From Eledone cirrhosa (lineage: Eukaryota), in the NCBI GenBank assembly GCA_964016885.1, contig OZ024755.1:13516001-13580000 (forward strand): 64,000 bases of DNA, read 5' to 3'. The notes under the pieces were generated by a model. The model saw only the letters and a list, made by a program, of their open reading frames with translations, had not been told where the DNA came from and searched no databases. The translations under genes were made by a program, and so were the position numbers. Below are positions 12,701-27,012 of this stretch, piece by piece (position 1 is the first letter of the stretch; each line of letters starts with the position of its first letter).

Positions 12701-13643
12701 CACCTGCATCATACATAATTATATATTATATTATATGATCTTACAATTTTTAAAGGGTTGTATTTAACTGGCGCTAATTTGGTTGCTTTTTCTAAACGTT
12801 TGACTGATTGCATTGCCTCGAAGCACAGTTGCTATTCTTTGCGAAGATATTAAAATTTCGAAAACCTCATGTGTCTAATTATAAGAAAAACATTTTATTA
12901 CACCGATATTTCTATCGTTTTATTTCAAAATTTCGAGAAGAATATTAATTCCTTTAGAAATAATGACTTCGTATAGTGTAGCTAGGAAACTAAAATATAG
13001 CTAATGTCCTTCTCCAGCTGAGAATATTGTTAACAATTTATGTTTAGTAGCGCAATAATTAAACTAACAATTGGTACAACAACAAGATAAAGGATTGATA
13101 ATTAAATAAAACATAGTAGCAACAGCAGCAGTTACTGGGAATTAAAGATTTTCTTCATCGTTGTATCAGACGAGATCTGAGATTGCAACCAAATTTCTCG
13201 TTGTAACGCTCGCCCCAACGGTTCCTTGTCCCTATCTCCCCCCCCCCCACACACACACGTATATATAACCACACACACAAAATCACTGAGGGGCAGATTA
13301 CTGTAGAAGCATCTTTCCCTACACAAATATATGATGTGGCTAAATGTTGGGGACCATGGATATTTGCACCAATACTTCTCTATATGAGGCTGTATTTCCA
13401 TGATTCTCATCGGGTAACATGTACTGTAGCTCACATTGAAGTTTATATTTAATGAATTTAATCTTATGTCTATGGCCCATGGGAATTGCATTAGAACGAA
13501 GATTAAGCTCTAGTCAGTGTTGTTTCTTTTAAAGGCGGTGTTTGCTATTATCTAAATTTAAAGTGACATCTATGAAATTAACTACACTTATCGTGTATAT
13601 GAGGTCGATCTCTTGGGCTTTTACGAAGTGCTAAGGGAATAAA

Positions 13644-13844
13644 GTTAATATAAAGAATTGAGTACTCATATGCGGAGATGCTATAAAATAGCTTATAGAA
13701 TAGAGTGAAGATTCTTAAAGACGTACAAAGAAGTTGCTATCGACCTCTTGGAAACTTCTTTTTCCATCTTTAACGGTCTTCACTCGATTTTATAAGCCCT
13801 TTTGTAGCATCTCCGCACATGAGCACTCACTTCTTTAAATTAAC
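13644..13844. repeat. Long diverged inverted repeat (~92-bp arms, 17-bp spacer)
   Basis: GTTAATATAAAGAATTGAGTACTCATATGCGGAGATGCT...AAGAAGTT matches the reverse complement of AACTTCTT...AGCATCTCCGCACATGAGCACTCACTTCTTTAAATTAAC, ungapped. Confidence 0.9.
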
Positions 13845-14249
13845 TACAGTTTAACTACAGATACTACATTAGTATTTTCTTCCTCTGTTTGAAAAATCAG
13901 AGTCGTGAAACCTCGGTTACTGCGTCCTAAAATGGTTGTTTAAATGATGGGTGGTGTGTAGGTCGGTGAATAATATCGTGGGTAGAATAAAGTTAGAATT
14001 TTGAGTAAAATATTGGATAAACATGTGTGTAGAATGGTTAGTAAGTTGATGGGCAGGATTTCAGGGTAAGATAATGGGGAAATGGTGAGTATGCATGTCA
14101 GTATAATGGCGAGGAAGTGGACAGGAAGATTTTCGGATACGATGATAGTCAAGATCGTGTGGTGTGTATGATGGCGGAGAAGGTGACTACTTTTTCCTGA
14201 AGAATTTAGATGATGGCTTGGCTTTTATATTAGTCGTAAGACTGAGTGC

Positions 14250-14468
14250 AATGGATTGGCAGTATCGGTAGAGCGTCGGACATTATGCTTTGTGGTATAG
14301 AATTACGGCCCTTTACGTTCTGAGTTCAAATCCTGCCGACGTTAGCTTTGACTTTCATCCTTACAGTGTCGATAAAATAAAGTACCAGTAACGCAGTGGG
14401 GTCGATTTAATCGACTTTCCCCTCCATCCAAAATTGCTGGTTTTGTGCCTAAATCAGAAACCATTATT
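14250..14468 (+). mobile_element. tRNA-derived SINE (Nin/Deu-like core), near full length
   Basis: A-box-like TGGCAGTATCGG, B-box GAGTTCAAATCC, core, and 3' GTGCCTAAATCAGAAAC. Confidence 0.85.
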
Positions 14469-14599
14469 CGTAAGACTGGGAAATATATTCTATCTGACGT
14501 CTTAACAACTCTGCTAATTTGCTGCATTTAATAGTACAGTAAGAATGGAAATGTGAATAGTAGTGAATCAGTATTATCTCAGGGAGGAATTTATGTAGG

Positions 14600-16420
14600 A
14601 TTTATTAGAGCGCTTTCATTTCTCGACGTAAAGATAGAAATAATAGATAAGGCAACAACTCTCAAGGTAGGAGATTTGATAAGTATATAACAAAGAACTT
14701 GCTTTTCAAAGAATATTTTCGGAAGTAAAGATAAACAGGTATATATGTGCGATATTCTTAATTAATCTTAAGACTACACTTCCAATACTACATCTATGGA
14801 CTTTACAACATTTTAAGAATCAAACGTTTCAGAAAAAATACAATTTCAAAAGAAATTATCTATTTCATGCTTTTCTATATATTTCCAACAATCATGGGTA
14901 CTGCGAGTTTAGATAATAAGAACCTTTGTAAATTTATGCAGTACGATATAGTAGAGCTCTATCTGTCTAGAACTAAATCTATTCTTCGGAAAGCTTTAGA
15001 ATTTGGCAAGGGTTTTAATACAATTAGTGATTCAAGCATTAATATTATTATATACGCTAGAAAGATTTTGCTATTTTATGATAATTCACTTTCAGTTAAA
15101 TGTATAAGTAAAATATTGTTTGATGGAGACGTGGTGGTACACTGGGTTTCAGGTTTGTAAAGTAATAGGATCATACATCTTTCCCAGAAAGATTCCGCTC
15201 CACGGAGTTCAGTCTTTACTGTGATTATTAACATTTCAATTTAAGAATATGTCAATGAACTCATTACTAATAGCATTCACTTAGTCGATGCTGTTACGAA
15301 GTAGCTCATTAACATATTCAAAGAGGTAAATTTAAAGATCATGGTATATACACATCTAAGCAAAGTTAATTTCTAAGATAAATGTAGAGATTTATGTACC
15401 AGCAAATAATGCTCTTACAGTAAAACTAAAAAGAAATTGTAACATATCAATATAAATTGCAGCAATAACCTAATTATCTTAAAATACTTGGTTAATTACA
15501 CCAATAAGCACAAAACGAACCTATCCACTGGCGAAAAAAAATCATTTAATCATTGACGATCTTTATTACAGTGACACAAGGAAAAGACTGTGGCTTCAAA
15601 GACGATATGAGATGTTATGATATGTCTCGGATTTGTAAATCAATAAGATTGCACATCTTATATTTACTTATGAAAATCGTTTGGACTTTACATGCAGAAC
15701 GACACCAATATTCATAAACACAAATATATGACACGAAACATTACATGGTATAATCTTCCATTTAATTTAAATATTTGTTCCAATGTTACCAAGATGTTTC
15801 TAAATTTTATAAATAAGCATTGTTTCTATTGACCATAAATATCGAATGATTTTTAATAGAAAAAGGATCTTCATTTACACAACATACTACACTGATCTAG
15901 CTAGCCATTGTTTTAATATAATGAGGATTGTTTAATAGAAAGAGGATCTACGTTTGCAAACATACTCAACTGATAATTCACTATCGTAAGCAGTAGAATA
16001 ATTTCCAATATGAACAAGCAAACCTCATTTTCTTTATGTAGTTGCAACAACACAAATACCTACCCACTAATTGGTACATGTCATCCTAAAGCATCACTTT
16101 AGTTTCCTTGCTGATGACAGTGAAACAAAAAGGTTATACATGGCTTACTGAAATCCCTTTCTCACGAAATACGACACATAAAAAAGACGCATCGTTTTCA
16201 CAATTCAAATATACATATGGCTTAAAAGATGATAGTATTAATAACTATAAGAGCGAGTTGTCCATTATAGAATACGTATCATATATCGCGCTAGATTAAT
16301 GGATATTGAAGGTGCGATCACTGTTTCTCGGAAAAGTACAATATATCACAGTCTTTTGAACAAGAGAAACGAATTTATTAATACTTATATACAATTCCAT
16401 TACTATTTATTGGGGAAATT
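14600..16420 (+). mobile_element. Degenerate Penelope-like element (RT + linker + GIY-YIG)
   Basis: Colinear PLE motifs with many stops and frameshifts: FMQYDIVELY..ILRKALEF..TISDSSINIIIYARKILLF; RNITWYNLPFNLNICSNVTKMFLNFINKH..HKYRMIFNR; CSCNNTNTYPLIGTC; YTWLTE; CDHCFSEKY; LNKRNEF. Confidence 0.85.
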
Positions 16421-16951
16421 TTAATTACGCCAATATGGTTGTGTTGTCATCCCGAAGGATGCTCATTTAATTAAAAACAGCAGCAGCATTCAATTATTCA
16501 TATACACTACACTAATACTTCATCAACAAAACGTTCCCCTCGTTTAGGTGTTTTATACATATAATACTGGGGATATGTACATAGCACATATTTTATATTG
16601 TTGAAGGTAAATGAATAGTTCAATATATGATGCATGTGGAGACGTTGTTTTCTTTTGGGGGTCAGTTAATAAAGTTAATAAAATATGGTGTTTTAATTGA
16701 CCAAGAAACTGATAATAAAGCAAGCTGTTTGTGGGATAGGCCTGGTCGGAATCTGTAAATGATTAGTGAATTGCCTAGCAAAATCTCCCTCAAATCACAC
16801 TTTAGGAAAGATATGTCCTACACATACACAAACGCGAAGGACATGGTTTGATAGAACGTTTTTGATCATGTGTGGGTTTGAAAGTGGGTAACCATATCAC
16901 CCCAACAAAATTAGAATACCATTAGATTGAGTCGACTTGATCAAGCTAGAG

Positions 16952-17278
16952 CAGGGGTACCCACCATTTTTGCGCCATCACCCACTTCCACATGGAAACT
17001 TTTTCCATCGCCAACCTGCATAGTAAACATTCAAAAGCATACTAAAAAATGTTTGGTAAAAGTTTGTTACTAGTGCGTTATCCCCATTTAGTCTGTTTCT
17101 TTTTAATACAGGTTCTTTGTATACCTCCTTTGAATTTTTTTTTCGCATATGTTGAAATACCTTCTTAATACTCAAAATCTTATATCACCCACCAAATTTC
17201 CAATCACCCCCCCCCATTTTCTGTTCAGTTACTAATTGCCCATCCAACAATTGAAATCACACATGTTGAAAAATCCTA
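16952..17278. mobile_element. hAT (Charlie-like) MITE
   Basis: Begins CAGGGGTACCCACC, ends in degenerate GTTGAAAAATCCTA; 8-bp TSD-like AGCTAGAG / ATGTAGAG. Confidence 0.5.
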
Positions 17279-17286
17279 ATGTAGAG

Positions 17287-17578
17287 TGTAGAATCCGACG
17301 CCCTGCTATACCTCTATCCACTAAAGTTGCGATTCAACAAGTATTTTTTGTTGAATCACAGTCTGAGTAGCAAATCGTTAATGGAGTCGGGCCCATAACT
17401 TCTATAGGTGACCCTGAGCCAATCCTCTGCGAAACGCGCGTACAGGTCGATACACAATTAAAAAAACCCAAATACATCTAAACGAAACTTCATCGTTCTT
17501 CTTAATATATACACTCTGCTTGTACATCGTGTGCTCGTTGTAGTTCCATCACCAGTAATTCCCTGATTCACATACATT
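17287..17578 (+). mobile_element. Penelope-like pLTR with broken hammerhead
   Basis: GACC-CTGAG...GAAACGCGCGTA-CAGGTC (17410-17448): palindromic stem III and stem I retained, core partly deleted. Confidence 0.45.
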
Positions 17579-17667
17579 CTCTCTCTCTCTCTATCTATAT
17601 ATATAAATATATATATAAAATTAAATGAGAAAACCAAATCTCTCTCTCTCTATATATATATATATAT

Positions 17668-17709
<42 letters not shown>

Positions 17710-18047
17710 TAATTTCTGTTCCACACTCATACCAAGAGCAACCACTTGATACACAATCATTCAACTCTTATTCGCCCACACCAATAATAATATAGAAGAG
17801 AAATTTTTGTAGGAATTTTTTGTAGGAATTTTTCTCTCGAAACGAATATCTTCTGGATAATATTGCAATTCAGAAAAAATTGACGCCTGAAGTCTATAAG
17901 AATCCAATGTACTCGTATTGAGTATATAGAATTATCATTATATATATATATGTGCATGTATATAGATATATGTGTATATGTATATAAATATATGTGTGTG
18001 TCTATATATATATACAGGTATATGTCTATATATATATATATGCTTAT

Positions 18048-18083
<36 letters not shown>

Positions 18084-18094
18084 GCTTATGTATG

Positions 18095-18125
<31 letters not shown>

Positions 18126-18599
18126 TTAGAGAGAGAGAGAGAATGATACATCTGGGTTCCCAACTCGGCCTCCACACCCCACACTACTTGTCTACAATTT
18201 AAAGAGGAACAATAACTGCATAAATCACATCTGTCTCAAAGACCATAAAAAGGTCTCATGCACAGCCCTTTCTTCCAGTCAAATCCACATTATTGAAAGA
18301 AATGCATTTGGAGCAAGAACCAAACCTGGATCGCATACACAGTTGGCTAACTGTTTAACACATATATATGCTGCAGTGTTCACTATATCGTTAAATAGAA
18401 TAGTATTTTATATTTTAACCAAGTTATCAATTGTAGCAATGATATTTTCTATTAGCGCTAAGTTTATACACATTCCATAAGTATTTATCTTTAGGTGATC
18501 TAATGTTAAACATTGTGGTATTGCCAGTCTCTTTTCTTTTTATTTCCTTATGTTTCTAGATTAGAAAGCTAAAATGTATGTTATTACGCAGTCGTGTGG

Positions 18600-19500
18600 A
18601 ACTACCACCACGGTTACTGCCAATTCAGCCTGGTCAATGAAACATATACCTGTGGTCAGATTATGAGTCTTATGGAGATAACTTTGTCTTATATAGTAAA
18701 TTACGTTGCTTCTGCTACACTTTTTCTGATAAATTCTTGCAGATAGGCAAAGTTTTATATCTATGTAAATGATTTCAGTTCACGAAATGACTGTCCATAA
18801 AGTGCTAACTATCATGAGATTTATCACAGATATATCTATTGAAGCGGCTGCCTAAACTTTAGTATGTTTCTGTTCGTAATTGTAGCAATCTTCTTGTAAC
18901 GAATTTTACTGTTCTATGCTGCACTGATTCATTTGTTTCTTCATTTCAAGTGAGATATTAAAGTTTCAAAATGCTCATTCTTCATCTTCGTTTCCTCAGC
19001 TGTCAAACAACACTATTCTGCCTTCATATAAATCCAATATATTCCTGTAAAATACAATACCTGCATTATTCTGTATTATTCCTACTCTATGGATTTGTAA
19101 ATCCTAAGTGCGGTGATTTATTATACATGCATAGACAATATATTACACCTTAGTTCTGTACAAATAACATACCGATGTCTTGTGTAAATTATACGACAAT
19201 GCAGAGGAGTGTTTCAATTTTCAGATTATTCATTATTGCATAGCATTTCAAATTATCGATTAGAAAGACACAGAAGATATCGTTGTCCAGCCATTCATAC
19301 ATAGTAGCCTAGACTAGTTGTTTATTAACTGTCAACCTGAAATATCCAAGTGGATATTTTAATGAAACTAGATTTCACAATCATTCGGGTAGTGGACACA
19401 ATCTGTCGATTAACAAGTGATCTAGTGATCAAGTTATCCAGAACAGCAGGTATCCAGCTGCTACAACCACTGATCCATGAGGGATTCGAAAACTATTTCA
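18600..19500 (-). mobile_element. Degenerate R4/Dong-like non-LTR RT fragment
   Basis: Minus strand IKISTWIFQVDS (cf. RGIFQGDS) and FLIDNLKCYA...IETLLCIVV*FTQDIGMLF (cf. YMDDLKLYA...FS.DIGMEFG). Confidence 0.6.
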
Positions 19501-19680
19501 TCAAATGAGAATCCAAGTAAACAGAAATGTTTTATTTTCAATTGCAACCCAGCAATATCTGTTGATTAAAAAGCTGTTCAACGTTACATTATTGAGCGCT
19601 CTCTCTCTTTCATATATACACAAGCGGGAAACCAATAAGATTTTGTGTGATTGTTCTCTGTGTATATTTCTTTCTCTCTA

Positions 19681-19725
<45 letters not shown>

Positions 19726-20159
19726 AAGGTGTACAAAATAACGCAGCATTTAAAAACATTCAACCATTAACTGAATAAGCTCTCAATACTGATGGATAGA
19801 GTGAAGAAATATATCATGTAAGTATAAAAGTGGCAGTGAATCCTGTGGTATAATACTGTTTATCACTTGAAACCAAAAATATAGCAATAAATCACTGGTT
19901 ATAATTAGAATTATAAACATTTTATAGTTTGAACACTTCCTCCTTCATATTGAGATATAAAATTAACAAATCTATACTGGAAGGCTCTGAATTCAGATGG
20001 AAAAACTTTTAAACTAAAAAGCCGTTTCACTTTTCTGGTAATCTTGTCTATACTTTCATATGCTGTGGGTGTGGGAGAAACTATATTGGAATAACTGGGA
20101 ATGATTATATATATATATATATATATATATACAAATATAATGTGTGTGTGTGTAGATGA

Positions 20160-20292
<133 letters not shown>

Positions 20293-20604
20293 GATAGATA
20301 AACACACAGACACACACATATATAGTTGATGAGTGCCAGCATGGTCCTTGCAGTTAGAACATTAATTGTTTCAGTTTGGTGAATTGTTGAAAGAAACATA
20401 GCAATACATTTCCCTTCTACTTGAAAATATTTTCTAGATACTGAAGTTGTTGAGAGTAACAATTTCTATTACATACACACATGTCATAGGAATTCGTATT
20501 TACAATTTCTATTATTTCCTCATAAACACCAATAAAAGGATATGTTTGTTGTCTCTGTAACCGGCACTGAAGACGAAAAAGTATTTATTTTATTTACTGT
20601 TTAG

Positions 20605-20830
20605 ACAGAGGAAGAGAGGTCAGTACCCGTGACCTTTTTCGCGACCTACAAGGCCGTTGGTGGGAGATGAAGGAAGTTATCCTCAATTTTAAATCACGGT
20701 TTGAATGCTAGCAACAGAATCAACTCCGCTAAAGGAACTCAAGGGCTAGATGTTATAAACTGGGCGGTGGATTAAGCCTACAACTCTAAAACTCAGCATG
20801 CAAAGCATCTCGTTCAACGCTCTAAGAATT
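20605..20830 (+). mobile_element. Degenerate RTE-like 5' UTR fragment
   Basis: GC-richer island with GACCTACAAGGCCGTTGGTGGGAG...CTCAAGGGC...GGCGGTGGATTAAGCCTACAACTC resembling RTE leaders; recognised from memory only. Confidence 0.3.
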
Positions 20831-21040
20831 CCGTCAAGTTTAGAATCCCATCTGGAGTGGTACTTTATATTATCAACCCCAAAGTAATAAATTATTTTGG
20901 CAAAGTACATCTCAGCTGTATTTAAACTCTAAGGGTTGAGACTAATACCACAAATCCTTTTGTCATAGCTCCAACGACTCTGCGAATTTAAGAGTCTAAA
21001 CTGTGACTCAATTTGAAATAAAAATTGAAGTACCGACACT

Positions 21041-21351
21041 TACCATATTTACCGGACTATAGGAGCCCCCCACCATCTGGTTTTACAAGGGCATTTTGAG
21101 AAAAAAAGAATTTTAGTACACTTCTTCATAAAATTATAAAAAAATATTTCATTGTTTTCTCAGAAACTCATATAACGTCGACATCATTTTGCTTATATAA
21201 TTTGTATTGTATCACATTTTTTAAAACCATGGTTGTCATTACCCTCCACTGGCCTCCCAACGGTGATACGGACGTATTGGTCACAGGGAACATTTTCATA
21301 TGATTATATAAAAAAAAAGCAAGTGTGTCCAATAGGCCGGGAAATAAGGTA
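21041..21351. mobile_element. Tc1/mariner-pogo-type MITE
   Basis: TIRs TACCATATTTACCGGACTATAGGA / TCCAATAGGCCGGGAAATAAGGTA with TA ends. Confidence 0.7.
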
Positions 21352-22941
21352 AGTCATTATTATTCATTTATCTCAACTGTTATTTCCTTTTATGGCAGAG
21401 AACGAAACGTTATGAACATATCCCCTCTATTTATTCTTAATAATATTCATTGCATCGGGTTCTGTCCATGATTGACATTTAGACAATATTAGGATCTGTC
21501 TCTCCCTCTATCATTGACATGATCTCAGTTTCTTTTTTCAGGTATCATACCACCCAGAAAAAAAGTATGACTACATAAAATTTACTAACAAAGAAACAAT
21601 ATTTTTATTCTATTACTATCAGGGAAAAATATAGCTTACAACGCCTTCTTTAATCGTTATTCTCTACTGAATGTTGTTACTTCGTATCTGCCAATATAAT
21701 TGGTTGATGTTTATTCTCAACAGTGTTGTTTCGATTGTAGCGTGTTTTCTTAATGTTACCATATTTCTATCTATTATTTCTGTGCGTATGTAGAGGTGTT
21801 GGTGGGGAATTAATCTTTCTTCTACTCATTCTAATATTTCTTGTATTTTCCTAGTATTTATTTCACATTTTTAATCAATCTTGCGAATCGTATTTTTCAT
21901 TATATTTGAATAATTAGCTTGCGTCATATGAGTCACCTTATTTACTGAATTATGCAAAAGAAAGTTAAAAAAAATATCTATTTTTTTCTTGACAATTTTC
22001 TCTTCTCTATTGTTGGTGCCTTTCATATTTTACCAATATTGATATTCAATGCTTCATTTTAAATGCCAAAAAATAATTGAAGTTTAGAAGAAAAAGATCC
22101 AACACTTTATTGATATCAATATATTGGTATGACGAATTCCTTCAGTACGTAAACCAATGCTATTCTTTGTTCAGCGTTGATTACTAAAGGAAGTCTTTTA
22201 AAACAAATTTTTTTTTTTTTTTAAGCTTAGAGGATTCAATTTAATTGGCTTGACTAACTTTAACTAATCAGTTGATGATACATCTACGCTGATTTTCACA
22301 AGTACAATGGAAGCGACTTTTTGTGATCAGATTGGGACGAATCCTTTGCGATAACAGTACCCGACTTTGATAACATCAAACAAGCAGAGAAATTGAAACC
22401 TAATCTAAACTATAATAAAGGAAGGTCTGCGGGACTGCATACGGTTTATTTTTTTTTATCCCGTTAGTAAAATAAATTGGATTATGAATAAATGTTACAT
22501 AATTTATCTACTAAATTTCGTAAACAAAAATAATTTCGTAAAAATAAATAATTTAAAATTGACTTCTTTTCAAAGTTGCACTTCCGGTATATCGTTGCCA
22601 CCACCACCACTTCAGCTACCATATATATAGAAAGAGAGAGTGTGATGTCAACACATCCGGTGACGATCATTTAAATAAACACTAATTTTCTGTCACTAAT
22701 TTTCTCCTAATGCAGTTTATATATAATATCGTCTTTTTTTAATGTATCATGGGTTACGTTACTGATTACATAAGACAGTGTAACAACGTCTTCGTTCAAT
22801 TTCTGTTTATATTGTCAATTACGATTTTATTTGATGTATCATACTACATGTATATATACTTGCGTATAATATCAATATACATACTACACACGCTAGCAGA
22901 AAACCACCCGAAAGGTGGTTTTTCTGCTAGTTTTTATAACG

Positions 22942-23145
22942 AGACGGTGAACTGGCAGAGTCGTCAGAACATCCGATAGAATGTTTTGCAGCATTCGTTC
23001 CAGCTCTGCATTCTCTGAGTTCAAATCCTACCGAGGTCAATTTCGTCTTTCATCCTTTCGAGATCAATAAAAAAAAGTACCAGTCCAGTATATCTCTTAC
23101 AATTTTTCTTTATCCCTTTCTATTCTTCTCTGGAAGAAATTGGCG
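22942..23145 (+). mobile_element. tRNA-derived SINE with pyrimidine-rich tail
   Basis: GACGGTGAACTGGCAGAGTCG...GAGTTCAAATCC...TTCATCCTTTCGAGATCAATAAAA..GTACCAG; similar copies at 23262-23372, 23840-24062, 33740-33885 and 55320-55555. Confidence 0.75.
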
Positions 23146-24129
23146 ATATTCAGGCCTCGGCTTTATCAGGGTTGAAGTACCCAAGAAATGCTGTATATCA
23201 CCATGGTACCCCTCTACTTTATCAGGACTTATGGCTTGAAAAAAATGCAATAACCCACTGATGAGGCGGCGATTGGTAGAATCGTTAGAGTGTTTCATTA
23301 AATGCCTCGGTATTTATTCTAGTTCACTGCGCTCTGAGTTCAAATCCTGCCTATGTTAACTTTGTATTTCGTATGAGGATACGTACGAACGTATGTAGGT
23401 AGATACGTGCACATACACATACATTCTTAGATGCATCGTACTTCGAACTTACGATTATAAACCAAGCTCTGTAAGTACTAAGCCTTGACTAAGATTCAAG
23501 TATATTTCTAATATTACTACAATCGAACCTCTGACTATAGGTTACTAATGTTAAACAAATAGAAATTAATATATAAAGTGCGGGAATTCAGTAGAGGAAT
23601 TGGTATAAAAGTTAGATTATGACAATGCACCAAGGTAACCCTGAGAATAAAATTATTAAAGGCCACCAATATCATGTTAGAAACAGATCTAAAAGTATAA
23701 GATCAAATACAGATTTACAAATACTTAAGAATTAATGAGCTAGACTGCACAACACACACAACAATACATGAAACAGACTTAAATGTTAGGTATCAATGCT
23801 GTAGCTTCTACACTAATGTGTCATTGTTATGATATTTAGATACGACGAATTTGCAGAGTCATTACAACGTCAGATGGAATGCATTGCGGTATTCGTTTTT
23901 GGCTCCGTGAGCTCTCTGAGTTCCAATCTCATCGAGTTCAACTTAGCCTGTCGTCCTTTCGGAGTAGATAAAAAAGTACCAGTTCAGTACTTCGGCTCGA
24001 CTTTCTCTCTGGAAGAGTAATCGACTGTGTTCAAACCAGGAGAGAAGATGAGCTCCCCCAGATTTATAATGCCCTCAGGAATTACGCTTCCATCCATACA
24101 TACATGTATACATATGAATGAATACACGA

Positions 24130-24490
24130 CGTGGCCGTAGCATGACCAAATAATTAAGGAGCTCGCTTTGCTATCATTATGTCCCAGGTTCCATTCAACT
24201 TCGTGACATCTTGGGCCATTTACCATAGTCTCAGATCGACTCATGCCTTGTGTGAGAAATTGGGTAGACGGAAACTGTTTGGAAGCTTGTCAGATGGACT
24301 GTACCTGTACTTCAAAAGGCCAGCCTTATCACACACCATGTTTCGTTGATTTCCCCTGAGAATTACATTAAGAGGTAAAACGTGCCTGTGGAATTCTCAG
24401 CCACTTACAATTGTTAGTTTATCTCATGAGCAAGCTGTTCCATTGATTGAACAACTGGAATACTCATCGTCTAAACCGATGGCAGTCCAT
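24130..24490 (+). mobile_element. tRNA-derived SINE, third family
   Basis: GGCCAGCCTTATCACAC...CCCTGAGAATTACATTAAG...AACTGGAATACTCATCGTCTAAACCGATGG. Confidence 0.65.
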
Positions 24491-25182
24491 TCTAGAATAC
24501 ACACCATTCAGAATCTGGCATGGAATGATTATATTTATCACGAACATAGGGAAATAGAGGTGTGTTACATCTAGAGAATTATTATATTATAGAATATCAA
24601 CAGTAAGACAACAAAGATAACAAGTAAATAACAAGAAAAGAACAAAATAGAAACTAATAGAGCTATAAAACGTGAACAAATCAAACAAAACAAACAGTTT
24701 TTTTCTGATCTCAAGGAAGCAAAAGAAAAAAGTATAAAAGAAAAATTGTTATAACAGACAGTCGTGATGAGAATGATGAAATAACAACAGAAATTATCTG
24801 ATTAACAGACTAAAAGACTAAAAGCTGAAAACAGCATTACATAATGTCGTGCTAAGACATTACCAAGAGTAGCTCTGACATGTCCAATACCTGCCAAACC
24901 TCCCACATGACCAATGACTGACAACACTAAACAAAGGAAACGTGGATGATAAAGAACATTAAAGCACTGACCGAGAAGAGCAGAATTTAAAACTGAGACC
25001 AAATGTTTTTTGCTGTTGTTTATTTGTTTGTTTCTTGTTTTTTTTTTCATTTTGTTTATTTTTGCGATACAAAGATAAAGCCTTCTTACCGTTTCCAACA
25101 GAAATGACCATGTACATATAAAGAAACAAAGGTCTCTAAAGGCAGCATCGGTAGAATGTCGGATAGAATACTCCGCAGTATT

Positions 25183-25382
25183 GGTTTCTTATATAGGCAC
25201 AAGGCCAGCAATTTTGGGGGCGGGGAAAGTCGATTTAATCGACCTCAGTGCGTAACTGGTACTTTATTTTATCGACCCCGTAAGGATGAAAGGCAACGTT
25301 AACCTCGGATCATGAAGGGCCATAACTCTATGCGGCATAGCATTGTGTCTGACACTCTACCGATACTGCCAATCCATCGCAA
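25183..25382 (-). mobile_element. tRNA-derived SINE (Nin/Deu-like core)
   Basis: Matches 39433-39648 with an internal deletion. Confidence 0.8.
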
Positions 25383-25406
25383 TAATGACGACAATAGCAT
25401 TGACTA

Positions 25407-25549
25407 TACAAGGGGGGGGGAGGCTGAAAAGTTCATAGGCTGTTATTAGTAACTGCATTGTTTCTTTCCACGGACTGAAAAATAAACCTCATTTGGTCAT
25501 TCCACGAGAGCATCTTGGTCAGCCTGTAAACTTTCAGCTGACCCTCGTA
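25407..25549. mobile_element. Mariner-type MITE, copy 2
   Basis: GGCTGAAAAGTTCATAGGCTG...CAGCCTGTAAACTTTCAGCTGACCCTCGTA; same family as 5044-5247. Confidence 0.75.
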
Positions 25550-26044
25550 TATAATATATTTATTTTTGGCTGGAATTGAACTCAGACCGCAGAGAAACTG
25601 AACTAATACCACGAAGTCATTCTATTTAACATTCCAATGTCTTTCTCAGTCCGTTACCTTAAGCTAATAATTCAGTTCGTCAAAAGACTTCATCCTGAAA
25701 GACATTATGCGATGCTACGATTGAAAATGTGTTTTTTGCTATGAATAATATTTACAGTTAATGTACTTCTTTGATATATTGTCGCCATATCGCTTTAGCT
25801 TTTCTTGTATATATATTCAACATGGTTTATTACACCCATGGTTCGGTATAGCATAATTTGATGTATTCATAGAACTACAGATATGTGTATTTAGATATGA
25901 AAACGTAGACATACATAATACGTATTAATACATATATTTGCATATTATTTACATCACCACACACACCTACACACATGTATTCTCTTTTTCCCCATCAGAA
26001 CCGTTTTCAAACAACTGCCTGAGGAAGGTTCAGCATATAGGCTG

Positions 26045-26186
<142 letters not shown>

Positions 26187-26914
26187 ATATATATATAAAT
26201 ATGTATATATATGTACGTATGTGTGTGTATAAACAAGAGCAATGTGTCTCATGTACACAGCATATGGAATATACAGAGTATTTACCGCAAGTTGCCTATA
26301 TGTTTCGGGAACTATTCATTTCGTCAGCTGCTGTTGAATGAAAGACAGTTACACATTTGGCTAAATAATAAAGAAAAACGATCTAAGAAACAAAGTCATA
26401 TTTCACCAAGAATTATTGACTATCTTAAAAAAAAAAAAAAGAAATTAGTGAAAATTCCCCCAGTGTAATCTACTGGGAGAATATAATAAATTGGAACGTT
26501 TGAGTATACGCCAGAAGCCATACATACATATATGAACGCAAAGAAGAATCGAGAGAAAAATTGAGTAAGTTCATTCAGGTGACACACACACACAGGTTTA
26601 GTATTACAGACGGAAGTAACAGATGTCAATAGATAAAGCTGAGTGTATATATATATTTATTATTTATTAGTTTTGATTCTAGGTAAGTGGCTCAAGGTCT
26701 GCGGGTTTCGTGCTAAAGCATCTGTCAAACTAAACAGACAGGCTCTTCATATAATCTAATGTATGTAGATTTGTCAATCTCTATTTTCACGTGACAAAAC
26801 GATTTTGTCGAAAGAATATTTTGCAGTATATTTTGCTGTATATTTTGCTATATATTACGTGCAGTGTAGGAACGACACCAAGTGAGTTCGATTCATAGAT
26901 CGGGTAACATATGT

Positions 26915-27012
26915 AACAAAATGGAAAATATATAATTGATTAAAGTTCATTCTTTGTATGAAAAAAAAAATGACTTTTATTTCACACTAAAAACCGAAAT
27001 TACTTTCTTGCC
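26915..27012 (+). mobile_element. Mariner 3'-end fragment
   Basis: Near-identical to 36466-36561 (QNGKYIID*, 3' UTR, part of the TIR). Confidence 0.85.

Noticed and set aside
14250-14345. tRNA genes at SINE heads
   Set aside because: A/B boxes only, no cloverleaf, and always followed by the SINE core.
23257-23270. CTGATGA hammerhead cores here and at ~3086, ~16111 and ~38969
   Set aside because: No stem II plus GAAA plus NUH arrangement follows.
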